From the human T2T-CHM13v2.0 reference genome, Homo sapiens, in NCBI RefSeq assembly GCF_009914755.1, contig NC_060930.1: a DNA stretch of 64,000 nt, one strand, 5' to 3'. The notes under the pieces are model-generated. The model made no database searches and was not told the origin of the DNA. It was given only the letters and a program-made list of their open reading frames with translations. The position numbers and the translations under genes were made by a program. How positions within the stretch are numbered: the stretch's first letter is position 1; every line of letters begins with the position of its first letter. Below, in pieces: positions 13,688 to 28,342 of this stretch.

Positions 13688-14873
13688 AGTCAACAATTTT
13701 GACCTCCCAAAGTAAACATTCTAAAGTACCTCAAACATTGGAAACACTAAATGACAAGAGACATAAACATCTTTTGAGGAAATCCATCAGATCATGAACA
13801 CGACCAGACTTAAACTTCGGACATTTGTTATGATTCAGTATATATGCACAATTTTTTTTAACCAGTAAGAGCTGGTCAAGAGATTCCTAATTCATTAAGC
13901 AAACTGATTTGGAAAAGCAGCTTTGACAGGATGTCTTGTACTCAACGTTCAGAATTATGTTTTCATCTGTTAACATCCAATTGTTAAAGAGTGGTCTCTA
14001 CAATATTTCCCAAACCTATGTTTGTGTGCATGTGTTAATTAGTACCTCTCAAACACAAACCAGGTCCTCACAGGGAATCTTAAAAACTGTAAGTTAGCAA
14101 ATCCAAAGGACTGTTTCTTTCTTGCAAAGCACACGACAGTTTGTGCTGCCTTATCACTCGGCTCGTTATTTTACCAATCCATAGTAATAGTTTCGTAAAG
14201 CAGACTGCATAGTTTCGTAAAGCAGACTGTATCCAGATACGGGGATGTTTCAAAATATACACAAATAGAATTTAGTAAGAATTAGTAATTTAGTCAAAAT
14301 ACTTAAAGAATACTTAAAGTTAATGGAGTACACAAATCAGTACTATGTTTCTTTTGAAGCGAGGGAAGACCGACAAAAATTATGTGCTGAACACAAGCAG
14401 AATCCAGTGATTTGCAACGGAAAGCGTTCCCCTAGACACCTAATGAACCCAACCTTGGGTCGACCCCCAGCTCCTGAACTCCCTAGAGCAGCTCAAATCC
14501 CAGCTTTCTTCTGTAGAGATGGGGGAGGGGAAGAGGGCTTGCAGACCCGGACAATACCCTCCCCATCGTGCAGAGTAACACCTCTTCCCCTCATTTGCAC
14601 TTTCGATCAGTTCAGGGTAAGTGCGGTTAAGGTCTTGGCCTGAATAGCTTGGTCAGGGGTGAGCTCCACTAAAAGCTTCTCAAGCCTGGCTGCGACCCCG
14701 TCCCCAGAAGCGCGGGTTCGGGAATTGGAGGGAAGACAAAGACGCATTTGCCGGGGGCTCCGGGCGGAGAAGGGGAATGACCTGGAAAATTAAAGCCCTT
14801 CGCTCGAGTATGAAGCACGGCCTCGACCAGGGCGATTTGGGTGGGAAACCAGCGTTCACACCTTACCACCTAC

Positions 14874-14960
14874 CTCTGCCTCTGAATTCCGCGCTTTCCC
14901 GGAAGGTCTGTGCGGGTCCACCAGTTGTCAGGGTAACAGACTTCAGCTGCCGGGTTCTGG
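14874..14960 (-). other. CEP162: Probable CEP162 non-coding exon 1 (5' end approximate)
   Basis: Lies inside the CpG island with donor GAG|GTAGGT (exon end 14874) and an alternative donor GTG|GTAAGG (exon end 14867). The TSS is inferred, not observed. Confidence 0.7.
14924..14937 (-). promoter_or_regulatory. RFX X-box (GTTACCCTGACAAC)
   Basis: 14-bp imperfect palindrome fitting GTTRCCnnGRYAAC at the TSS region of a ciliary gene. Confidence 0.75.
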
Positions 14961-14961
14961 A

Positions 14962-14988
14962 GTCACATGACCCGGGCTGGTCACGTGG
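14962..14988. promoter_or_regulatory. Tandem USF/MiT-TFE (CLEAR-type) E-boxes GTCACATGAC and GTCACGTGG
   Basis: Motifs at 14962-14971 and 14980-14988, with an 18-bp offset. Confidence 0.65.
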
Positions 14989-15209
14989 GCCGTGGGTTTC
15001 CCAATGCCTTTACAAGCGAAGGTCGGAATAACCACGGCTGAGAAAGACACTCTAGTGGCTAAACCTTCGCTGCTGCAGTAAAATGCCTTTCCTTCCCTGG
15101 CTTTCTCTACGTTCCTTAGAAAAGGGGACAGCGGCAAACCGGTTACTGGAGAAGCGAGACGGAGGCTTCCAGCAGGCTTGGAGGGCGCGGTGGTTGTAGG
15201 CCAGCCCGT

Positions 15210-15230
15210 GGCTTTCTGGGAAATGTAGTT
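15210..15230 (-). promoter_or_regulatory. ZNF143/THAP11 ACTACAnnTCCCA motif (AACTACATTTCCCAGAAAGCC)
   Basis: Near-perfect match to the well-known CpG-island promoter motif ACTACAnnTCCCAGnAnGC. Confidence 0.8.
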
Positions 15231-16312
15231 TAGCTCCCCTGGTCCTTGTGTTTCCGCACTCCGCATCGTCGCCTCCCGCCTTCCCCACACTTGTCATTCG
15301 AGCGCTCTGTTTTTCCAAGGGGCAATTTTGAAGAGATTGAATTTCTTGGATTTCTTTGGCCTGCAAAGACCTGTGTAGGCATTGTGAGAGAAACACAAAC
15401 CTGTGAGGAAAAAAACTGTCGTTTAGATGGGGACTCTGTTCCACCACCTAGTGGGCAAGAAATCGAAAATACGCAAACAGCAAGATTCTTATTAAGTTAT
15501 TGCTCCTCCCGCTACCCCTACTTTTCAAAACTGCATTCTTTACTGGCATTTCACAATTACTGACTTGGATTTTGTTTTCTATTTCTTTTCTTTTTTCAAA
15601 GCATGCAACATTAGCTGGAGTTTCAGAGGACAACATTTAGCATAGTGTAAGTAAAATCTACAACAGCTGCAGGTTTTGCTGATGGTAGACTTAGTTCAGG
15701 ACCTCATCTTTAGCTAGAACTGTTTATTCATCAAGTCTTTCTTGCAATACAAATATGTACAAACCAGGAGCTGTGGACTATGATGCAAATATGAATAATA
15801 AAAGAAATATCTTAAGCTACCATTTATTGAGAAGTTGACTTCCTGCCACCTTCTATCAAAGACTTACCTTCCCACATATGATCTAGAGCCTTTACCCATT
15901 CTTCTTCTCACTGATCTTGTTCCACTGGTCATTTCCCTTAATCCTGTATCTTCGACTTCTGGCTGGCTGTGGGATTTTTCCTAACAGCATTTGAACATGC
16001 CTTGAGATCCCCACCTAAAACATCACTTCTGACACATTCTCTTCATGCTATTATTTCCCAGTGGTTGAAATGATCTGTCTCCTCACCTTACTTGCCAATC
16101 TTTTCTGAGGAATTATTTCCACTTTACCTCCCTTTTGTCAGACCTTTTAATCCTGTCTCTGTGTGTGTAAGTGTACATATATGACAGCGCTTTATTTGAT
16201 CTCCCAATACTATTTGATACACTTGTCTCCTCTCTTTCTTGGTTTTTCTTTCACATTTATAGCCTCCCCTCAAGGGTTTTCACTGTCTCTGTCTATCCTA
16301 GCTGACCTCTAA

Positions 16313-16660
<348 letters not shown>

Positions 16661-18479
16661 AATGTTAGAATTTCTTAGGGCTTATTTCTGGACTCTTATT
16701 CTGTCACACTTCATGGTACTTCCATACACCTACTCATTCAAGACAGAAATCTGGGAGTTCCCTCTCTCCCATATTTTATTCGTCAAGACTTGTTGGTGCT
16801 ACCTCCAAAATGTGTCTCTATTCTGTTCATTTTACATCTTAATTACTAATGATAGAGGCATCTTTTCCTCTTGTCTGAGCTGCTTCATTAGCCTTCTAAC
16901 AAGTTTCTCTATTTCTACTCCTATCCTCGTCTAACCCATTGTCTACACAATAGAAAATGTGATAATTTGAAAATGTAAATCAGGTTACTCCATTGCTGAA
17001 AATCCTACAATGATTTCTCTCTGTATTTGTACTAAAATCCAAATATCTACAAGGACTTGCATGGTATGGTCGGCACTATTCTCTTCTACAGCCTCCTCTC
17101 ACCCCCACTCACCAAGGCATGCAGAATTATTTGCAGCTCTGGTACAGAGTTCAGTCCTATTGAGGTTAGAATTGGAGCTTTGGTATAAGGAGTGGAAGAT
17201 GAATGTTACTGTGTCTAAAGAGTGAATAATCATTTTGTCTCTATGCGTAAACCTACAAAACTTATGCTTATAGGATCCAAGAGTTTGTTATGCTGAATTG
17301 TGGAAGGGATGTCACTAAATTTTTGGTACTGAATTGAATTGTTATACATTTTTCAAAATAATAGTCATTAAAAGAATGATTAATATTTTTTGAGAGTTTA
17401 CACTGTGCTGTATACTATTGTATTCATTTTTATAAAATGAATTGACCTCATGACCCATAATTTAAAACACCATTTAATACTAGCTCTCATCATAAATATA
17501 TATCTAAAATGTCAATGAAATGGCTACTTTAGTAGTTAAATCACTCTGGGTAGCATCAAAGTTTCCTACTTTTAGATTCTCCATAATTGTTACAGGTTTC
17601 TCAATCATTATGTGTTTCTTTTTGTGTTTCCTAGAATGATATGAAATTTGATTTATATTTGGTGTTTATCCAGCTCTCTAGTGAGGTTCTAGAGGGGGAG
17701 ACTGTACCTCAAGCCTTATATTGCCTTTTCTCGTAGCAAACAGTACAGTGTGAGAACTCGGTCAACACTGACAGTATAGTTGTAGCCAAGACCTGCAACG
17801 GTAATGGGGTGTAAACTTAGCACATTGTGGGAGTGGATTAAGGAGAAGAACTGAATCAGATACAGTTACATAATAGTTCCAGTTGCTTGCTTCTTTACCT
17901 CTAATTTTCAGAAGTGGGTATTCTCTTCACTTATGTGGATAATGAGGAAGACACTGAAGGAATCGTATCATTCTAGTCATAAGAAAATTAATGGTTTTTT
18001 TGTTATTGCCATCGTTATTTTGTTTGTCAAAGTCATTGTTGACTTCTGCTCATTTGTCCACATCTGACTGCTTTTGACTACTTAAAATTTTTCTTAATTG
18101 TTTTGTATATGAAATGTAGTAGTCAAAGTTTAAGCTATTGTTATAAGTTGTTCCCAAGAAAAAGAATAATAATTCATAGTAGAATATTGAGAAATTGTAC
18201 AGTCATATTTACAAGTATTTAAATGTTTCTAAAATACAGGCAGATGCTCTTTCCCTAGGGTATGCAGAGCTGCCCATTTACAATTATATCATGAACTCAT
18301 GGATGGTGATTTAGGTCATGAAATTGTTTTTAAAATAATTCTTTAATAATCCAGTAAATGGCCACTGAGGATGTCAGCAATTTGGCTATGCTTCTAAATA
18401 ATACAGTTATCAACATGGTTTTATAATTATTATGGAAATGTAAAAACACAAAAATTGACGAATCAAGGAAAAACTCAGC

Positions 18480-18950
18480 CTATGAAGACCCTGTGAGGAG
18501 GAAAAGACAAACTAAAGACTAGGATGAAATATTTGCAAACCACATATCTGACAAAGGGCTGCTATCTAGAACATATAAAGAACACTAGCAAAATAGCAAA
18601 AGCAAAATACACAATTAGAAAATGGACAAAAGACACGAGTGGACATTTCACCAAAGGGGACATGAGAAAGGTATATGAAAATGGTGAATAAGCACATGAA
18701 AAGATGCTCAGCATCACCAAGATATTCCACATCATTAGGGAAATGCAAATTAGAACCACAATGAACTATCAACTGGGTGAGTGTAGATATGAAGAGGTAG
18801 CATAGGAAATCTTTGTAGTGATGGAATTGTTCTGTATCCTGATACAGTAGCAGTTATAACAAGCTACATGTTGATAAGATTGCATACAAATGCACACACA
18901 CACCACACATATACAAGTGAGTGCATATAAAATTGGTGAAATCTAAATGA
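18480..18950 (+). mobile_element. Old L1M fragments
   Basis: atatttgcaaaccacatatctgacaaagggct..; gaaaagatgctcagcatca..ggaaatgcaaattagaaccacaatg. Confidence 0.75.
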
Positions 18951-19934
18951 CGCCTGTCCCATTTTCCCCAACTTTCTGTCAATCCGTTACTAGATAGAAT
19001 AAGATCATAGGTTATATATATATGTTTCAGAATCCTTTCTTCTAGGAAAATCTTGTGAGAAGCACAATGTATAAAACAAAGCAGAGTTGCAATGGTTGGG
19101 AGGCAGGTGAAGGATGGTTTTGAGCTCTCTTTCTATGCTTTTTTATTGGTCTTGAAGGGACCTCCCTTGAGCTCCAGAGTGCTGTCTAAAACTGATATTT
19201 TAGATTATAATTCCGTAACCCAGATAATCACAAAATTTCTACATCTATTAATATATAATCAATGTAATACATACATGAATTCCCCAGCAAGTTAGAGAAA
19301 TAAGTATAAATATGTGTTTTACGCATATATACAAAATTGTGATTTTTAGCACATCTAAAATATGGATTAAGCTCATCTGATTATTGACAAATTATTAGAC
19401 TGGGTCTATGTGATAATGTTAGTCTAAAATTAAGTTTTTTTGTATTCACATACCTTAGATGATGGGGAGGTGATTGGATATAAGAAGAAAATATTAGAAT
19501 TTATTTTCAATTTATTTTTATCTCAAACTTAATAAATTAAAGTTTGACTAATATTGCGGACTAATTGCTATAAATATATTAATTTATAAATAAATATTCA
19601 TAAAGTGAGTGTGTTTGCCTCCAAATAGTTTTACTGACAGGGCTATATGGAACATTACTGATTTACTGAATGGAACTCTTAGAACACAGAATTACTTTAT
19701 TAAAATATGTCGATAAGGTAGAAATTTGAAGTTGTGCTTATTATTTCTTAAGCTAAATGTTTTGGATTACAAATATCACTATTTTGTTGTATTAAGAAAC
19801 CTAATGAAGAAAAATGATTATAATATCTTTTAGCCAGAAACAAGTATTTTTCCAGTCACAATCTGTAGTCTTAAGCATAAATAGGCCATATAGAGTCATT
19901 TTCTAACCGATGGTCCTTTATTAGTTCCAATTTT

Positions 19935-20375
19935 GATGGTTGATACTCTACTTTTCTGTGTGCTCCATTGGACTGTCTTATATGTCACATTCACATGTTC
20001 ATGGCCTCGTCTTTTACTCTTGTCACTGCTGCTGGGACCAGTTTCGCTCAGGCTTGACTAGCTTCACAGATTAAGTCAAAAGTGTGCCTGCCTTAAGCCT
20101 GCATGTGAACCTCTTGCTTTCCACTCCCTGGGGTTTCTCTGATACTTGAGGGAACCCATTCAGCACTCAAAGCTTGCACATCGGAAGTGTAAGGGACTTA
20201 ACTTCTGTGGGCTAACCCTTGACCAGTGTGGGGAGGAACCGATGAATAAATGCCTTCTGCTTTTCACCCTAGGGTAGACAGTATTGATACACATTTCATA
20301 AGACTTTTCAGAATGTCTGCTGTGATTTGGAACCAGTTGTTCACAGCAATGGTTTGATGATACATTCTTGTATTG

Positions 20376-20419
<44 letters not shown>

Positions 20420-20533
20420 CCGTCACTGTCCTTATTCATCACTTCTACTACTTGACAACTCATTTCCAAATACATTACTTTCATTCAAGTCTATGTTTAA
20501 TGTTATCCTTTCAGGGGAACCCTGGGAAAGACA
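19935..20533 (+). mobile_element. 5' LTR (LTR16-like) of an ERVL provirus, containing a (CT)16 STR at 20385-20416
   Basis: LTR16-type motifs (ggaagtgtaagggacttaac; aacccttgaccag..gaataaatgc; ends ggggaacc..aagaCA); homologous to 29744-30260. Left boundary uncertain. Confidence 0.65.
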
Positions 20534-22054
20534 GATAGTATTAGAGTTATCCCTAGAAAGCAGACCATTAGGATAGGATTTGGGAACTGAAGAACTCATC
20601 AGTAAGATGGCAATGAAGACCCCATTGCTGAAAGAGATGGAGTGGTGATAACCAGTGGAATGCAATTGCTAAGATTCTCACATGAGATTGGTTAGGCAGA
20701 GGTACAGGTGGAATGTGAGGGGTTATTCATATAGTATGATGGCAAAGGTAATTATTAATATTGTAGAATGACTGGATTTTACTAATTGCTTTGGATGCCT
20801 TGAAATAAAGACAATTAATGGCTCAGGTCAGCCACAATCAATGTGCATTATAAAAGTCAAGGGCTTATATCAGCATTTGAGGAAATCATCCTTTCCTGCA
20901 GCTGCAGTAGAGTAGGTGGTGAAAGTCATGCCCAAGATCAAATTGTAAGAGTGGCACAGTTGCAAAGGGAATTGAAGCCACAACCTTTCTGGGTCTTCTG
21001 AGTCAGGGTTCTGATAGCAAATAGTGGAACACTGAACTTGGAATATGGACATTTGGGTGGATAAGTCTGGGAGTCTTGAACTCTCAGATTTCCCTGAACC
21101 CTCAATAATGGCAGAAGCACTCCCATTCTCCTTACTAGAGCAGAACATCCTCTTCCTGCCTAGAGACCTTGAAAAGACCTAAAGACCCTTATATGAGGGA
21201 GGAAACTCACAAGATGATGCTTGTCCTCCTCAAGATCTGTCTGGTCACCATTCATTGTCCCCCTGCTAGTAGCTTGGGTCAGGTCTCAAAACACCTGAGC
21301 TGGGAAATATAGTTCTTTCTCCAGGAAGAAATGGTTTATAGGAATTGCAGGTCCTAGATTATATGTACTAAAAGAAACCAGGGAAATACATGTAGGGGTG
21401 AATTTTGAGAGTGTTGACTGGTGGGGGAAATAAAATAAGGCTGAACAGGGAAGATTTTATTGACATGAGAGCACTCACTCCTGAATTGGGGCTCAATTTC
21501 CTAGTAAGGACATCTGGAGCTGGTCTTAATATTCTTCTGGGAAGTTTCCTTGAAGTCTGCATGTGATGATGGCAAATAGGAAAATGAGACAGAAATGCTG
21601 AAATTGCTTTGGCTGGTATTAAGGAAGATTTGAGAAGGCTCATGAAGATAGGAATGTTAGTGTGGATTCTTTATATGATCTCTAGCATCTGTCACCTGAC
21701 TTTGTTCCCTGAGAGGATCCAGAGGATATACCCTTCAATAAGACAGAAAACAATTGGCTGGTGAGGGGAACATCAGAATCTGAAAAACCTGGTGATGTCT
21801 ATCCTCCCCATGTCAGGGTTAGTAACAGGAGATGCTGCTTGAAACTAGTCTCCCTAGTATCAGTGAAGGTATGGGATTTCTCAGTGAAAAGTATATGTGG
21901 TGATACTAAACTGTCAGAGGCAAGATGGTTGCAATTACTGAAATTGACAGAAGTCTATAGTAGCAGTCTGGCTGTCTTGACCTGCAGGAATCTGTGGCAA
22001 TGGCTAATAAATTGCAGTTTGAGGGATGAGGTACATGGATAGCTGACTGGGCAA

Positions 22055-22056
<2 letters not shown>

Positions 22057-22088
<32 letters not shown>
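22057..22088. repeat. (TG)16 microsatellite
   Basis: Seen directly. Confidence 0.95.
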
Positions 22089-22092
<4 letters not shown>

Positions 22093-23668
22093 CAACAACA
22101 ACAACCAAAATATCTTCATGTGATGTGCTCCATCAGAATATAAGAAGAATATGAGCATCAGCTATCACAATGGAAAATCTAGGTCCTTCATCCAGCTTCT
22201 AGATTTATGTAATTTTGTAGACCTAGATCTCATTGGTTAAAAGGCAGGGCGAGTGCCCTTAAGGAAAGACCCTGCATTGTCACATGAATAATTATAAACA
22301 TTCTCCCTATCTTTCCACAAAGGGACCTATGACCATTTACTAGGGTAACACTGCACTGAGGAAATAATTATAGTTAGTTTTTTGAAGACTGTTGAATAGG
22401 GAGTATGAGCTGACCCTAATGCTAACTGCTTTAGAGAGCCAGAAAAGCTTCCATGGGTCTCTAGTTAGAGTGGGGGTGTTTGGAGGCTAGATGAAAACTG
22501 GAAATAAGAATAGTTAGACTTTTCAAGGATTGTTGGATAAAAGGTATGAGCTAATACTGATGCCAGGGAACCTGAAATGCTATCATGGCCTTCCAGTTAG
22601 CATGAGGGCATATGAGGAAAGGTAAAAGAGTCCTAGCCCAAGTATGTCTCACAGAGGTTACAATGGGTCTGTGGCTCACTCTTTGATTCTTTCCCCAGTC
22701 CATAAATAAATAATTTATAAAATTTCCAAGTATGTAACTGAAAGGAGCCTTATGTTGATTCCAGGATCTGTGGAGCCGTTATGGTAGGAAGTACTAAGTG
22801 GAAGTCTCTGAAAACATGCCACCAACATCCAAGTGAGTAAATCAGAATCAAGACCTCTTCATGGGAGGGATGGCAGAGACTAGCACCTCTATGTATCTGG
22901 AAAATATTGTCTTTTAAATCACCTTTGGAAAAAACATCAAAAGCAGTTGGTATGCACTTGGCTAGGATAATAGTTTACATTCACTATTTCCCCCCATAGC
23001 TGTATTAACTCTGCTGTTCTGTATCACAATGTAGCCTGTAGGAAACTTAATTGGCTTGTCATTTCACAACATCATGATAGTCTACTGAATGGCATCATGT
23101 TAATTGCACTAGATAAGGAAGAAGTGGCAATTATTCTAGATGCCCTAATTAGGCACATGAACACCAGAGGGTGGGATATGAACCCTACAAAATTTTAGAC
23201 TACTGCCATATTTTTGAAATTTTAGATGATTATAAAAGATAAAGATAAAAAACAAATTGTTACACATTGGAACCTCCCACCCAGAAAAAGACATAGTGCT
23301 TCATGGGCCCTTGTAGATTTTAAAAGCAGCATGTACTGCATTTGCGAGTATTGTACTAACCCATTTATTGGACTTTAGTGTTACCCAGAGCAATAGAACG
23401 GTCTGTAACAGGTCCAGGTTGTAGTGTAAGCACGCTGGAAGCTTGGTCCACATGACCCAGAAAATCTGATGGTGGCTAGCAATATCCATGGTAAATAGGG
23501 GTGTGTTAAACATTCCCTAAGCCTCAATTGCATAGTCAGAAGACAGATCAGTAGATAGTGAAGAAGATCATGTTTTCTGCTCTTGAAAGCTACTTGCCAA
23601 TTTGAAAAGTTTTTAGTGTGTTACATGGTCCTGGTAGAGGCTGAGTGCTTGACCATTAGTGTTTTAAA

Positions 23669-26930
<3,262 letters not shown>

Positions 26931-27290
26931 AAAAAAGGAAGGAAATTCATACAACATGAATGAACCTTGAAAATATTATGCTACATTAAATAAATCAGTC
27001 ATAAAAAGATAAATATTATATGATTCCACTTATATAGGGTACGTAGAGTCATCAAATTAATAGAGACAAAAAGTAGAATGGTGGTGGCCAGGGACTTGGG
27101 GGAGGGAGGAATGCAGAATTATTGGTAAATGGGTATGAAGTTTCAGTCTGGGAAGATGAAAAGGTTCTGGAAATGGATGGTGGTAAAAGATGTAATATGA
27201 AAAGTACTTAGTGGCACTAAACTGTATACTTAAAACTGGATAAGATGGCAATTTTATGTATTTTTATCACAATTTAGAAATATATATTTA
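26931..27290 (+). mobile_element. Older L1MA/MB 3' end fragment
   Basis: acaacatgaatgaaccttgaaaatattatgct..gaaaaggttctggaaatggatggtggt..ttttatcacaattt. Confidence 0.8.
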
Positions 27291-28002
27291 AAGCATTTAA
27301 GGGTATAATAGAAGAAAACTTTCCTGAAATAAAGAAATATAAAGCCAAAAGAAAAAAAAAGAAAAAATCAAATGGCAAAGTGATTATGTGACTAGAGCCA
27401 TATCGAACTGAGAATTATCAACTTTATCAAGTCTAACATCAAATAGGCACAGCAGAAAATCCACTCTGTTGTGGAAATGGTACAAGGCCTGAGCAGGTAC
27501 AGAACATAGAAGTAATGTACTTTACCTGAATGGATGAACAAGACTCCCATAACTACCCCTTTCACACTATGCTGCTTCCTGATTCACACAGGAATTCCTC
27601 TTCCTGTTACCTCATGGGTATATCCTATGACCAACGAATGAAGGAGAAAATACCCTGGCCTGGTTCATACATGAATAAGGGTGATTTATTGATGCCAACC
27701 ACAAATAGACTGTTGTCAGTCTACTGCTACACTCACAGGTATCCCTAAAGAAATGTAATACAGAGAAATTCTACCAGTGCAAAGAGCTCTAAGCAGAGCA
27801 CATTTTCAGTTACTTACATGGAGATAGACATGGCCTGAGGTATTATCTATAGCATATACATAGACTACTGGGTAGTGACAAATGGCTTTGCTTCTTGTTC
27901 AGGGGCCTTGATAAAAACAAGATCAAAAGATCAAAGACAAGTGTATCTGGGGAAAGAGGCATATGGATGGATTTATGGAAGTAGGTACATAGCATGCACA
28001 TT

Positions 28003-28342
28003 TGATATAGTTTGGCTGTGTCCCCACCCAAATCTCATTTTGAACTGCCATGTTGTGGGGGGCACCTGGTGGGAGGTGTTGAATCATGGGGCAGGTCTTT
28101 CCCGTGCTAGTTTCGTGATGGTGGATGAGTTTTGTGAGATCTGATGGTTATAAAAAGAGGAGTTTCCTTACACAAGCTCTCTTCTATTGCCTGCCACCAT
28201 GTGAGATGCGCCTTTCACTTTCCATCATGATTGTGAGGCCTCCCCAGCCACATGGAACTGTAAGTCCATTAAACCTTTTTCTTTTGAAAATTTCCCAGTC
28301 TTGGGTATGTCTTTATCAGCAGCGTGAAAATGGACTAGTACA
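28003..28342 (+). mobile_element. THE1 (B/C-like) MaLR solo LTR
   Basis: TGATATAGTTTGGCTGTGTCCCCACCCAAATCTC...GGACTAGTACA; 5-bp TSD ACATT/GCATT. Confidence 0.9.

Larger units (their letters stand above)
14690..15310. promoter_or_regulatory. CpG island / CEP162 promoter
   Basis: The only non-repeat GC- and CpG-rich stretch in an AT-rich window, ~1.2 kb upstream of the ATG exon. Confidence 0.88.

Noticed and set aside
14323-15636. Overlapping 60-130 aa ORFs around the CpG island as a divergent coding gene
   Set aside because: No recognisable homology or exon chain; such ORFs are expected in GC-rich promoter DNA.
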